From a virus, in the IMG/VR virus record IMGVR_UViG_3300025141_012285, positions 1 to 64,000 of that record: a stretch of 64,000 nucleotides of DNA. One strand, written 5' to 3'. Below the pieces are notes generated by a model that did not search any database, had not been told where the DNA came from, and saw nothing but the letters and a program-made list of their open reading frames with translations. This document shows, piece after piece, positions 17,766-27,438 of the stretch (the stretch's first letter is position 1; every line of letters starts with the position of its first letter). The translations under genes and the position numbers were made by a program.

Positions 17766-18003
17766 GAAAGAGGCTTTCGGCGAGCTTTCAGCAACAGATT
17801 TCGAAACAGGTGATATAGTAGAATGGAATGTTTGGGACGAAAAAGAAGAAACATGGGCTTCTTATTATGGTATTATAGTAAGAACAGAAAATCAAATATA
17901 CTCTAATCGAGTGGTTTCGGTTTCCAAAGTAATGCCGATTAACGGACCACAAGTGGAAAGAGAATTTTTTACTTTGACATTAAAGTTAGTAAACAAACTA
18001 TAG
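17758..18003 (+). CDS. small KOW/SH3-like protein
   Basis: FETGDIVEW...YGIIV. Confidence 0.7.
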   Translation: MDEKEAFGELSATDFETGDIVEWNVWDEKEETWASYYGIIVRTENQIYSNRVVSVSKVMPINGPQVEREFFTLTLKLVNKL

Positions 18004-18058
18004 TTTTAACTTTAAAATAACTTAAAACTATTTATAATGATTCGTCTGAGTATTAAAA

Positions 18059-19099
18059 ATGATTGACATTATCGGCCCTCTAATAAAAAAATTCATGCCT
18101 TTCGCTCAAGAAAAAATGGGATTCCAAGATCCGCCACGTTTATTTCTTAAGGGAGACATGGAAAATGCTAGTAATCCTCTCGGAAAAACAGCGTTCTATG
18201 ATCCTGCTGAAAGTGCAATAACACTTTACACTACCGGTCGCCATCCTAAAGATGTGATGCGATCGCTTTCCCACGAGTTAGTGCACCATACACAAAACTG
18301 CCGCGGCGATTTTGAAGAGGCTGGGGAAGTGGGTGAGGGGTATGCTCAGAATGATGAACATTTGCGCGAAATGGAGCGTGAAGCATACGAAGTTGGAAAT
18401 ATGTGCTTCCGAGATTGGGAAGACAGCATAAAAGAGACTATTTATTTCGAACATCTACAAAAAGGAGAAAAAAAGATGTCTATTAAAGATTGGAAAAACA
18501 ATGAGATTACTCAGCTTCTTTCCGAAGCATGGGGATTTAAATTCAATACTCTTCAGGAGTTTAATGAGTTTAGTGAAGGCGCCGATAAAAATACTGGTAT
18601 GTCCGGTGTTGACGGCGACGACGATGATGATACCTATATGGGTCATGTTAAAGAAGAGGAAGAACTTCAAGAAACGGGCGCTAAAGATACTGGTGCATCC
18701 ATGGGAGATGATTCTAAAACCCATAAGGGCGAAAAGGATTATACCACCAAGAAGGATGATGATCTTAAAGATACCGAAGATGATGGAGCGCGCGGCGAAA
18801 AGAAAGGTGATAAGGCCTATGTCAATGAAGATAGCGGCGCCGAAGAAGGCGAACACTATAAAGATAACGCGATGCACGACGATGATCATATCAAAGCGAT
18901 TGAGCACCACTTAGATGCTCTTAAGCATGACAGAGACTATGATGATGACCATATCGACGAAGGCGGCGCCGCTAACCGCGTCGGCAACGAAGAGAAAGAT
19001 AATGGCCGTAATCGCATGCATGCCGACCGCGTTCACGAGCAAAGTGATCCGCTTCGTGAGGCTATTCGAGCGATTCTTGCTAAACACCTTAAGGGCTAA
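18059..19099 (+). CDS. HExxH zinc metallopeptidase-like domain plus acidic low-complexity C-terminal region
   Basis: SHELVHH...EREAY; D/E/G/K-rich tail; PLREAIRAIL. Confidence 0.8.
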   Translation: MIDIIGPLIKKFMPFAQEKMGFQDPPRLFLKGDMENASNPLGKTAFYDPAESAITLYTTGRHPKDVMRSLSHELVHHTQNCRGDFEEAGEVGEGYAQNDEHLREMEREAYEVGNMCFRDWEDSIKETIYFEHLQKGEKKMSIKDWKNNEITQLLSEAWGFKFNTLQEFNEFSEGADKNTGMSGVDGDDDDDTYMGHVKEEEELQETGAKDTGASMGDDSKTHKGEKDYTTKKDDDLKDTEDDGARGEKKGDKAYVNEDSGAEEGEHYKDNAMHDDDHIKAIEHHLDALKHDRDYDDDHIDEGGAANRVGNEEKDNGRNRMHADRVHEQSDPLREAIRAILAKHLKG

Positions 19100-19194
19100 A
19101 ACCATGACCGGTAAGTACAAAAATTGAGCTTAAAAAGTCACGAAATCGCTTTATTCAAAAGCTATTATTAACACAAATACAAGAGGAAAAAACA

Positions 19195-19446
19195 ATGTCA
19201 TTAGATTCGCAATGGCGAGATTTTCTTAACGAGAGTCTTGATGAAAAGAACATCTTTACCTATATTCAAGGTCTCCAAGAGATAATTTCCAATCTAAAAC
19301 CAAAGACGATGACTGAAAAACGAAGACTACAACTTGCAAAAAATCATTTGCGAGAAGTTAAGAGATTCGCTCGCCGGATGGACAATGATATTGGAGTACT
19401 TGAGGAAAGGCTTAATATACTAGAAGAATCTCAAGGAGATAAGTAA
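19195..19446 (+). CDS. hypothetical protein (QWRDFLNE leader)
   Basis: SD GAGG. Confidence 0.75.
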   Translation: MSLDSQWRDFLNESLDEKNIFTYIQGLQEIISNLKPKTMTEKRRLQLAKNHLREVKRFARRMDNDIGVLEERLNILEESQGDK

Positions 19447-21557
19447 TGGGCGGTGTTGCCGGGCATATGGCGCACTTGTCAGAGGATTTAAGTCTGACTT
19501 TCAATGAGATAGTCAGTATCCTTGGCAAGGTAGCGAATGCAGAAATTACGAACGCTACCGAAAAAGTTGATGGTCAAAACTTGTTTTTAACTGTTGACGG
19601 GGACGGTGAAATCAGAACCGCCAGAAACAGCGGAGACGTTAAGAAAGGCGGCATGACTACCGACGAATACATTAGCAAGTGGAGAGGACACCCGGCGGAG
19701 AATGCCTTTACAAACGGTTTCAAGGCTGTTTCAGCAGCGCTGCGCAAGCTTAGCCTAGAAGACCTCGAGGCCATCTTTGCAAACGGACAGAGATACGTTA
19801 ATATGGAAATAATGTATCCGAGCAATCCTAATATTATTTTGTACTCTTCGCCCAATATTGTATTGCATGGCCTTCAATATTTCGGAGAGGAAGAAGAGAC
19901 TCCGGAAATGAGGCAACTTACTAAACAAAAATTTATTAAGTTAGATAACCTTATTGATGGAGCATCCGAAAAAGTCGGAGAAGAAAAGTGGGCTGTAAAT
20001 GGCCCAAAACTCGTTGCTCTCAAAAAGCTAGCAGATGGATCTGCATTAGAAGAAGTAACGGCCAAGATTGAGTCGTTTGCAGCGCCGGTAGGCATGGATG
20101 CCACAGTGGGCGATTATGTCGAACAAGTGGTTAGGGGTTATGCTGAACAAGTTGGACTACCGGATGACGTTACGGAAAAACTTATTCTTTTAATGCTGAA
20201 CCCAGAAGAAGCGAAAGAACAGGGGGTCACTGTTGTTAATCTCAAGAAAGGTCTTCCGAAAGAGCTACAAACTACTGTTTCTAATCTCGGATCTAAAACC
20301 AAATCTAGGAAATATATTGCCAGTGTCTTGAAACCGCTTGAAGTAGCCATTAGTGATTTTGCTATTGAGGTTCTCCGCGGAGTTAAGAGTTATTTTGTCA
20401 GCGATAATGATGAAGAGGTTGCTCGGATGAGAGCAGAACTCGAACAGTCGATTGCTTATCTTAAAAATCTTCAAGCATCTGGCGATGAAAAGATGGGTGA
20501 ACTTATTGATGTTCAATTGGGGAAACTGGGAGACATTGAAAATCTCGCTTCTTCTATGGAAGGGGTTGTGTTCGAATACCCGCCGGGCTCCGATAAAATT
20601 TACAAGCTCACGGGTGCGTTTGCGATGGCCAATCAAATTATTGGTAGAGCAAGGCGCTCAGGAATGACTGAAGAAGAGGAACTCGATATCGATATCCTTG
20701 AAGATAATTACGACGGCGACAGCGACGAATGGTATGAACTAAGACACCAAATGGATCAGGAACTCGGAGAGCCAGAAGAAGATGAATCAGACGATCCAGT
20801 AGTGGATGCCGATTATCCTAAGACTGTTGCTGTTGTTCCAGGGGCATTTAAACCACCTCACAAGGGGCATCTAGATATGGTGCGGAAATATGCCAATATT
20901 GCCGACGAGGTCGTGGTAATTATTTCTAAGCCAACCAAGCAGGGTAGATATCTTCCGGATGGGAGAGAAATCACTTCCGCGGACTCTCTTAAAATATGGA
21001 ATGCACTAACTTCGGACATACCCAATGTTAGAGTCGAGGCGTCCAAAGACCATGCATCTCCGATAACTGCAGCATATGATTTTATTGGTGACAAAGGTTC
21101 CTTAAACGTAGAAGATAAGGTTATTCTAGGGGCTAGCACCAAAGACGATGACTGGAAAAGATGGGTTGGGGCAGAAAAGTATGTCAAGGATGGAATAATA
21201 TTGTTGGATCCTGAGAAGACCGCGGTTGGTCCTACAATGCGTGCTAGCGGCGAACCATATAGCGCCACTGAATTTCGCACCGCACTTGGTAACCCAGAGA
21301 ATCGTGAAGAGATTGCTGACTTTGTTGGTGAAGAAAACGTAGACGCTGTATTAGATATACTTGGTATCGGTGCTGTAGAAGAAACATCCGCTATGGGTGG
21401 TGGTGCCGTGGGAGGATTCTCGGGCCCTTTGGGATCTACGTCGGGTAAAAAGCGCAGAAATGCGCAACAAGACACAATTATCAGACAAGAAAATATCGAT
21501 TTAAGTATCGTTGATGAAGTTATGAAACTAATTACTGGAAGAGGCATTACACAATGA
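19446..21557 (+). CDS. fusion of a KxDG ligase-like nucleotidyltransferase domain and a HIGH-type cytidylyltransferase-like domain
   Basis: EKVDGQN, EGVVF, YKLTG (ligase motifs I, IV, V); acidic linker; PGAFKPPHKGH and SATEFR. Confidence 0.75.
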   Translation: MGGVAGHMAHLSEDLSLTFNEIVSILGKVANAEITNATEKVDGQNLFLTVDGDGEIRTARNSGDVKKGGMTTDEYISKWRGHPAENAFTNGFKAVSAALRKLSLEDLEAIFANGQRYVNMEIMYPSNPNIILYSSPNIVLHGLQYFGEEEETPEMRQLTKQKFIKLDNLIDGASEKVGEEKWAVNGPKLVALKKLADGSALEEVTAKIESFAAPVGMDATVGDYVEQVVRGYAEQVGLPDDVTEKLILLMLNPEEAKEQGVTVVNLKKGLPKELQTTVSNLGSKTKSRKYIASVLKPLEVAISDFAIEVLRGVKSYFVSDNDEEVARMRAELEQSIAYLKNLQASGDEKMGELIDVQLGKLGDIENLASSMEGVVFEYPPGSDKIYKLTGAFAMANQIIGRARRSGMTEEEELDIDILEDNYDGDSDEWYELRHQMDQELGEPEEDESDDPVVDADYPKTVAVVPGAFKPPHKGHLDMVRKYANIADEVVVIISKPTKQGRYLPDGREITSADSLKIWNALTSDIPNVRVEASKDHASPITAAYDFIGDKGSLNVEDKVILGASTKDDDWKRWVGAEKYVKDGIILLDPEKTAVGPTMRASGEPYSATEFRTALGNPENREEIADFVGEENVDAVLDILGIGAVEETSAMGGGAVGGFSGPLGSTSGKKRRNAQQDTIIRQENIDLSIVDEVMKLITGRGITQ

Positions 21558-22312
21558 ACCAAGAAGAGAAAACCCTTAGAGAGAGTATAAGACATTTAAT
21601 CCGACATGTCAAACAAAAAAAGCTGACTGAAGAAAATCATTTGCGTGTCATTATCCGCAAGATGATGGACTTCGATTTAGCCGAGGGCCAGACACCTGAT
21701 GTGGATCCGGCGCCCAATAAATCTACAGGGATCAATGTACTTGAAGAACTCCTTAAAAAGATTATACCAATTCTGGAGACAGATTACAAGTCTTTAACGA
21801 CAAATCCCGATCAGAGAGAGTCTTACAGGGCCCATATTATCAATGCTGTCGACAACTCACTAACTCCAGCCAAATTAAACAACCAAGCCGGCGAGATGGC
21901 CGCAGAGGTAGATGAGGAGATTGAAATCAATGTGGGTGATGATACTGGCGATGACAAGTTTATCGATATCCGCACGGATGCCGAAAAATCTGCAGACGAA
22001 GAAGAAGAAGAGGAAGACCCGCGTAGTACCTTCGGTGGTGATGTAGAGGGCAACGAGACCGGTCGGAATGTGGCCTACCAGTCCTATAAAAAAATAGAAA
22101 GCACTATTCTTGATGCTTATGAGTTATTGGCAGATCCAGAAGACCAAGAGCTTTTTTACGATTATCTTATCGCCAACTTAAAGTTATATTTTGAAAAGTT
22201 TGAGGAAGAGTTGGCTAGCCAAGTTGAAGAGCCAACAAATCAAGCTTATGACATGGCGAAATCTGAAGAGCCTACACAAGCTGCTGAAGATGATATAGAA
22301 TTAGAGTTATAA
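21554..22312 (+). CDS. acidic hypothetical protein, probable virion protein
   Basis: LRESIR/LTE motifs, ATGA coupling. Confidence 0.75.
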   Translation: MNQEEKTLRESIRHLIRHVKQKKLTEENHLRVIIRKMMDFDLAEGQTPDVDPAPNKSTGINVLEELLKKIIPILETDYKSLTTNPDQRESYRAHIINAVDNSLTPAKLNNQAGEMAAEVDEEIEINVGDDTGDDKFIDIRTDAEKSADEEEEEEDPRSTFGGDVEGNETGRNVAYQSYKKIESTILDAYELLADPEDQELFYDYLIANLKLYFEKFEEELASQVEEPTNQAYDMAKSEEPTQAAEDDIELEL

Positions 22313-22325
22313 CAGAGGAACGATT

Positions 22326-22649
22326 ATGCCAGGAGCCGATCAAGAACCGCCACCGGATTTTACAGCATGGGAGTCAGACGACGAAATATTAGATGCATTC
22401 ACCACTGGCGGCGACTTCGGGCTGGTGCCGATGAATGCACCCGAAGCAACATTAGCTTCAGTAATCTTTAAGGTAGATGGCGGCGAAGATGAACTAGAAG
22501 ACCCGGTACCGGATAACCGGACTCAGGAAGAAAAAGAGAAGCAAGCAGAAATGACGGCCGAAGCCGATGTGCAGACCATTTACCGCGCAGCAAGACTGGC
22601 GGCGGCCTTTCAAGCCTATATAGAGACCAAATTGGCGGAGCAAGGATAA
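22326..22649 (+). CDS. hypothetical protein
   Basis: SD GAGG. Confidence 0.7.
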   Translation: MPGADQEPPPDFTAWESDDEILDAFTTGGDFGLVPMNAPEATLASVIFKVDGGEDELEDPVPDNRTQEEKEKQAEMTAEADVQTIYRAARLAAAFQAYIETKLAEQG

Positions 22650-22667
22650 CTTTTTAGCTTTTTTAAT

Positions 22668-22696
22668 TTGACAAAATTGAAAATCCTTATTATAAT
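22668..22696 (+). promoter_or_regulatory. consensus sigma70 promoter
   Basis: TTGACA 22668, 17 bp spacer, TATAAT 22691. Confidence 0.85.
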
Positions 22697-22726
22697 AAAT
22701 TTGTGTTCTGCTTGTGATGGTTAAGA

Positions 22727-23071
22727 ATGTCAGTACAATCAAAGAAGATCACAACTAAATTTAAAAGTATAATTAAGAAATTAAAAGATCAAAATAGAAT
22801 TGATGATAGGTCTTTAGTTTATATTAATAATTTAACTTTAGAAGATTTGCTAGCAGTCAAGTTTGAACTAGCAGCCAATCATATAAATAATAGACTTTAT
22901 GGTTTTGATATCTGGCGCGCTATGCCTCATATAGTCAAAGAAGCAACACTGAAATTTGCTATCTCAACCACCAAGTCTAAGAAAGATGCATCCAGATTTT
23001 TAGGATTAACGTATTTAGAATTTCTAAATATGTGTAAGAAGTATAAAATTGACAACTTCTTCAACCAATAA
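22727..23071 (+). CDS. Fis-type helix-turn-helix DNA-binding protein
   Basis: C-terminal KEATLKFAISTTKSKKDASRFLGLTYLEFLNMCKKYKI resembles HTH_8. Confidence 0.65.
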   Translation: MSVQSKKITTKFKSIIKKLKDQNRIDDRSLVYINNLTLEDLLAVKFELAANHINNRLYGFDIWRAMPHIVKEATLKFAISTTKSKKDASRFLGLTYLEFLNMCKKYKIDNFFNQ

Positions 23072-23086
23072 ATAAGGATTAAAAAT

Positions 23087-23659
23087 ATGGGGTTTATATT
23101 AGCATTACTGCTTGGATGTCCTGCAGAGCTTAAAGTAGCTGGGGATACAGCCACTGATGTTGTAGTGGTACCGCCTGAGTTAGGTATTCACGTAACAGAA
23201 ACATGTGGCCAAACAGCCATTGGAGATACAGCATGCAACTTTGCGCTGTTAGATCAAAATGAAGAGTTTTGGCAGCTTTACCATGAGGAAGGAAAAATAG
23301 TAGTGTTAGATTTTAGTACGAGTTGGTGTGGACCGTGTCAAGCAGCCGGAAACTCTACTCAATCTTTACAAAACGACTACGAAGGAAAAGTTGCAATCGT
23401 AACAATATTAATCGAAGGGCCTCAGTCTGGTATTGCGCCAACAACCGAAGATATTGATGACTGGGTGAGTGGCCATGGTATCACCTCCGCACCCATATTA
23501 CAGGGTTCTCGTGAACTTATGCTTGACACAACAGGAGTAAGCGGTTATTCTATTAGTGCGTTTCCTACTTACATATATCTATCCAAAGGAAGAATATATG
23601 GAGGACATTCAGGATTTAGCGAAGAATATGTCAGACAAGTTCTAGATGGAATGTTGTAA
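23087..23659 (+). CDS. TlpA/thioredoxin-family lipoprotein
   Basis: lipobox LLGC; VVLDFSTSWCGPC; AFPT cis-Pro loop. Confidence 0.85.
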   Translation: MGFILALLLGCPAELKVAGDTATDVVVVPPELGIHVTETCGQTAIGDTACNFALLDQNEEFWQLYHEEGKIVVLDFSTSWCGPCQAAGNSTQSLQNDYEGKVAIVTILIEGPQSGIAPTTEDIDDWVSGHGITSAPILQGSRELMLDTTGVSGYSISAFPTYIYLSKGRIYGGHSGFSEEYVRQVLDGML

Positions 23660-23913
23660 TGTGGAAAGTATATAAATGGAACGGAAAGTACATTCAAGGT
23701 GACTTTATAAGTCAACATTCTACAGAAAAAGCTGCACTTGGAAAAGCAAAAAAGAAGATTAATTATTCAAGAGCCACGAAGAGCAAACTGCCCACATTTA
23801 AGGCCCGCGGCGAAACAGTCATCTGGCTAGATAAAGAAGATGGTACTCCAATAGGAATGATCATTAAAAAAACAAGAAAGAAAAAAGGGGATGCAATGGC
23901 TTCGACAGAGTAA
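23659..23913 (+). CDS. basic hypothetical protein; 3' end overlaps the tmRNA
   Basis: TAATG coupling; last 27 nt lie inside the tmRNA. Confidence 0.65.
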   Translation: MWKVYKWNGKYIQGDFISQHSTEKAALGKAKKKINYSRATKSKLPTFKARGETVIWLDKEDGTPIGMIIKKTRKKKGDAMASTE

Positions 23914-24233
23914 GAAAGAGGAATAGTGCAAGCAGTCAAAACGTACCAGCAGACTCTAAACGCAGATACAAAACATAATTGCTAATAACAATAACCACTT
24001 CGAATCTGTCCGCTTAGCGGCTTAATCGGGAGGCTGCTCAAAGCCTTCTATCCAATTTGAGCAAAACAACAGACAAGTTGTAAAAATCAAACCACCCATC
24101 GTAATATGGTAGTGAGCGATGTGGAACAAACTACCTCCACTTGGCTGTATGTGTAGTATAAACGGTCTAAGCTTGTGAATGACTACAATTAGACTTATTC
24201 TGGACGCGGGTTCGATTCCCGCCGTCTCCACCA
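23887..24233 (+). ncRNA. ssrA: tmRNA; tag (A)ANNNNHFESVRLAA encoded at 23981-24025
   Basis: 5' GGGGATG pairs with CGTCTCC-ACCA with a G3:U wobble; T-arm GCGGGTTCGATTCCCGC; ATAATT-GCT resume context; tag ends LAA. Confidence 0.95.
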
Positions 24234-24281
24234 TTTTGTTTATTTTTAACTATTTATATTATATACGTGAGAGGTTATAAT

Positions 24282-24476
24282 ATGTTTAGGTGGAAAGAAT
24301 TATGGAAAAAATCTGATGTTACATCGCCCGGCGAAAGCCCCATTAACGATCAAATGGAACAGGCATTATGGGATATCAAAGACATGTATGATTTTGAAAC
24401 CGAAGAAATCGACCGCGTTGTTTCTCAAAAAAGAACCAACATTGAAAAAATGAAATCTAGAATCAAAAACAAATAG
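24282..24476 (+). CDS. hypothetical protein
   Basis: SD GAGGT. Confidence 0.65.
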   Translation: MFRWKELWKKSDVTSPGESPINDQMEQALWDIKDMYDFETEEIDRVVSQKRTNIEKMKSRIKNK

Positions 24477-24519
24477 ATTTTATTTACCAAGCTCGATACA
24501 TACTTTAGAGGCCAATATA

Positions 24520-25011
24520 GTGAATATTTCCATTGCATTTTACAAAGGTAAAGGTAATCTCCTAAACAAAATTGTAAGATTATGGACGAAAAGCATATAT
24601 AGTCATGCAGAACTAGTATTGGATGATAAAGAAACATGGATAAGTATTAGTCCGAAACTGTGTTCAAAAATCGAAAGTACCATTCCACTTTTAATAGATC
24701 ATACGCAGTGGGATATTATAGAACTTGAAGTCAATGAAGAACAATATCAAACTATTCTAGAGTTTTATGAAGAAACTGCCGGCTGTGGTTATGACTGGAT
24801 TGGTATGCTGTGCTCTCAGTTTTTACCTTTTAGAATAAAAACAAAAAATCGATGGTATTGTAGTGAGTGGATTGCATATGCACTTAGGATAGCATGCATC
24901 ATCGATTGGAAGATTATTAAAATTTATGATAGAAAAGATCTCTCGCCCGGTGTATTATACAATATTATACAACAGGTAAAAGACGATGAAAGCAAGAAAA
25001 TACAAAGTTGA
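24520..25011 (+). CDS. permuted papain-like (NlpC/P60-type) protein
   Basis: YSHAEL...GYDW.G...WYCSEW...SPG. Confidence 0.8.
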   Translation: MNISIAFYKGKGNLLNKIVRLWTKSIYSHAELVLDDKETWISISPKLCSKIESTIPLLIDHTQWDIIELEVNEEQYQTILEFYEETAGCGYDWIGMLCSQFLPFRIKTKNRWYCSEWIAYALRIACIIDWKIIKIYDRKDLSPGVLYNIIQQVKDDESKKIQS

Positions 25012-25192
25012 TCAATGGGTTATCTACAGCGTTAGGGCGAAACATCCCGATGATGATCAACACAGCTTAAAAGCTGTTGTTTTAAATATTCGCCCTATAG
25101 AAGATTATTATGATTATGAGATTTACATTGAAGAAATGAAGAAATTTAAAAAAGTTAGAGAAGAACACCTTTTTCCGTTGAAACAATTTTAA
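24986..25192 (+). CDS. small SH3-like protein
   Basis: YKVDQWVIY...AVVL...YEIY...VREEHL. Confidence 0.65.
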   Translation: MKARKYKVDQWVIYSVRAKHPDDDQHSLKAVVLNIRPIEDYYDYEIYIEEMKKFKKVREEHLFPLKQF

Positions 25193-25223
25193 AACATGTT
25201 ATACTGGACTTGATTAAAAAGAT

Positions 25224-26015
25224 ATGCACAATTTAATACTATTCGATGTTGATGGAACCTTAACAGAATCTCGTGAACATCTTAAGACCAAAATGCTAAA
25301 AGCCCTCCGAGCGCTTTGCAGGCATGCCGAAATAGGATTTTTGACTGGCAGCGGTTTAGAATATATTAAAGAACAGTTGTGGCCGGCCCTTAATGACCCG
25401 ATTATTAAACATAACTGTCACTTGCTCCCATGCAACGGTACCGAATACCTGATTACCGAGGGAGATGAAGAAATCATATTTAATCCTATTTCAAAGGCCC
25501 TCATGGAAGAAGAGATAGGTTCTGGGATGCTCCAAGAATTAATGAAGTTACTTTGCGAACTGCAAGCCCAGATTGTGAATGAGTATAAAATACCTTTGGC
25601 CGGCGGTTTTATCCAAAATCGCCAATCAATGATCAATTGGTGCCCTATTGGGAGAACCTCTCAAAAGGATGCTCGACAGGCATTTAAGATTTTAGATGAC
25701 AAGCTCGGTATCCGCCGAAAGTATTTTGATATTTTAAACGCAGAGATGAAAAAGCAGAAGATTAGTCTTATATCAAAGCTTGGCGGCGACACCTCTTTTG
25801 ATATTTACCCCCATGGGTGGGATAAGACGTATGCGTTAAATCATTTTAATGAAAAAGAGTGGAACTTTTGGTTTGTAGGAGATCGATGTTACCCCGCGGG
25901 AAACGATTACGAAATCTTTGAACACCTTAAGGAGACCGGGCGCGCCTTTGAAACGTCGGGCCCCCAAGAGACATTAGAGATAATAGATTTCCATATTTTA
26001 AGAGATATGGTATAA
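25224..26015 (+). CDS. eukaryote-type (HAD IIB) phosphomannomutase
   Basis: LFDVDGTLT, MINWCPIGR, GGDTSFDIYPHGWDKTYAL, GDRCYPAGNDYEI. Confidence 0.88.
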   Translation: MHNLILFDVDGTLTESREHLKTKMLKALRALCRHAEIGFLTGSGLEYIKEQLWPALNDPIIKHNCHLLPCNGTEYLITEGDEEIIFNPISKALMEEEIGSGMLQELMKLLCELQAQIVNEYKIPLAGGFIQNRQSMINWCPIGRTSQKDARQAFKILDDKLGIRRKYFDILNAEMKKQKISLISKLGGDTSFDIYPHGWDKTYALNHFNEKEWNFWFVGDRCYPAGNDYEIFEHLKETGRAFETSGPQETLEIIDFHILRDMV

Positions 26016-26026
26016 GGACAAATAAA

Positions 26027-26521
26027 ATGGCAGTAGATACAAATGATAAAGATAAAAGACCAACAGTGATGGTTTCAGGTGGCTTTGATCCAGTGCACGT
26101 TGGACATATTCGAATGATCAGAGATGCAGCACAATACGGAGATGTAATCGTTGTAGCAAACTCAGATCAATGGTTACACAACAAAAAGGGTTTTGTTTTT
26201 ATGGAGTTTGATAAGCGCTCCGAGATCCTTAGTGCGATTAAAGGAGTGATTGTCGTTGACTCGGTTGATGATACAGATGGAACAGTATGCGAAGCAATCC
26301 GCCGACACAAACCTGACTTTTTTGCTAATGGTGGAGACCGCGGGAAATCTAATACTCCGGAGCAGTCAATATGTGAAGAGATGGGAGTTGAGCTTTTGTG
26401 GGAAATCGGTGGAGACTATAAAGCCGACGCCTCATCAAACCTTGTGGAGCGATTTAGAAAAAATACAGAAAATAACGATGTAGCCCCTCAAAGAACCAAA
26501 GTTAAGCACTCTAGGCGCTAA
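26027..26521 (+). CDS. cytidylyltransferase-like (TagD/RfaE-type) nucleotidyltransferase
   Basis: SGGFDPVHVGH, VANSD, FANGGDR. Confidence 0.88.
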   Translation: MAVDTNDKDKRPTVMVSGGFDPVHVGHIRMIRDAAQYGDVIVVANSDQWLHNKKGFVFMEFDKRSEILSAIKGVIVVDSVDDTDGTVCEAIRRHKPDFFANGGDRGKSNTPEQSICEEMGVELLWEIGGDYKADASSNLVERFRKNTENNDVAPQRTKVKHSRR

Positions 26522-26582
26522 TCCAACTCCGATGTATTAAACAACTTAATGACTTATGGAAAAACTATTTATGGGATTTTAG

Positions 26583-26611
26583 TTGACAAATCTTTCATAT
26601 AAGGTTAAAGT
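26583..26611 (+). promoter_or_regulatory. sigma70-type promoter
   Basis: TTGACA, 17 bp spacer, TAAAGT; SD AGGAG downstream. Confidence 0.6.
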
Positions 26612-26633
26612 AAGTAAAGAATAGGAGAAAAAC

Positions 26634-27110
26634 ATGTCTGTTGTAAAAAGACTAAAATCACTAAAGTTACCAGAAGACGCTATGGTAACTCTCACGTATG
26701 AAGAAGGTACTGACGTATTTGTTCATAATGAAACTGAAGTTGAGGATGCGATGAACAACACGAGTGTTATTAGTGAATATGCTGCCCTCATCGCACATAG
26801 TAAGCTAGATGCCCGCAATCGATGGAATGGGAACGTCCTTCAACATCTGCGCGCTCAAGACTATCTGGAGGAGTATGAGCGAGGCACATACGGCTTTGAA
26901 GAGTTCCTGACCGCAACATTGTCAGAAAACTTCTACGATCACGAATTGATTGGATATTCAACTGAGAAGTATGATTACAAGCGCGGCTTTACCACCTTAA
27001 CTGCTGCCGTTGAGATTCCGGTATCAAATTTTGTTGAAGTTGACCCATTCGTGGCCGGCTGGACTATTTCTGTGAAAACAGAAAATGGTACTTTAAGTTT
27101 TGATGTTTAA
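26634..27110 (+). CDS. hypothetical protein
   Basis: SD AGGAG, 158 aa. Confidence 0.75.
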   Translation: MSVVKRLKSLKLPEDAMVTLTYEEGTDVFVHNETEVEDAMNNTSVISEYAALIAHSKLDARNRWNGNVLQHLRAQDYLEEYERGTYGFEEFLTATLSENFYDHELIGYSTEKYDYKRGFTTLTAAVEIPVSNFVEVDPFVAGWTISVKTENGTLSFDV

Positions 27111-27140
27111 TGCTTACTTGTGCGCTTTAAGTGCCCTTGG

Positions 27141-27216
27141 TGGGGTGTAGTTCAATTGGCAGAACGTCGGACTGTTAATCCGGAGGTTGTTGGTTCAAGT
27201 CCAGCCGCCCCAGCCA
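27141..27216 (+). tRNA. tRNA-Asn(GTT)
   Basis: cloverleaf; anticodon arm TCGGA-CT-GTT-AA-TCCGG; GGTTCAAGTCC; encoded CCA; U1:A72. Confidence 0.95.
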
Positions 27217-27220
27217 CTTT

Positions 27221-27295
<75 letters not shown>

Positions 27296-27438
27296 TTTTT
27301 GCACTGAGCCCATAGTTACTTATATGGAAGCAGCGGCCGAATTAATGGTTTTAGCAATGGCGATGTTTTTAGCCGCCTTTTTTTGCCTAAGAGTTCTATG
27401 TTTACCACACGCAACACCTGTTATTGTAGACAAGGCTT

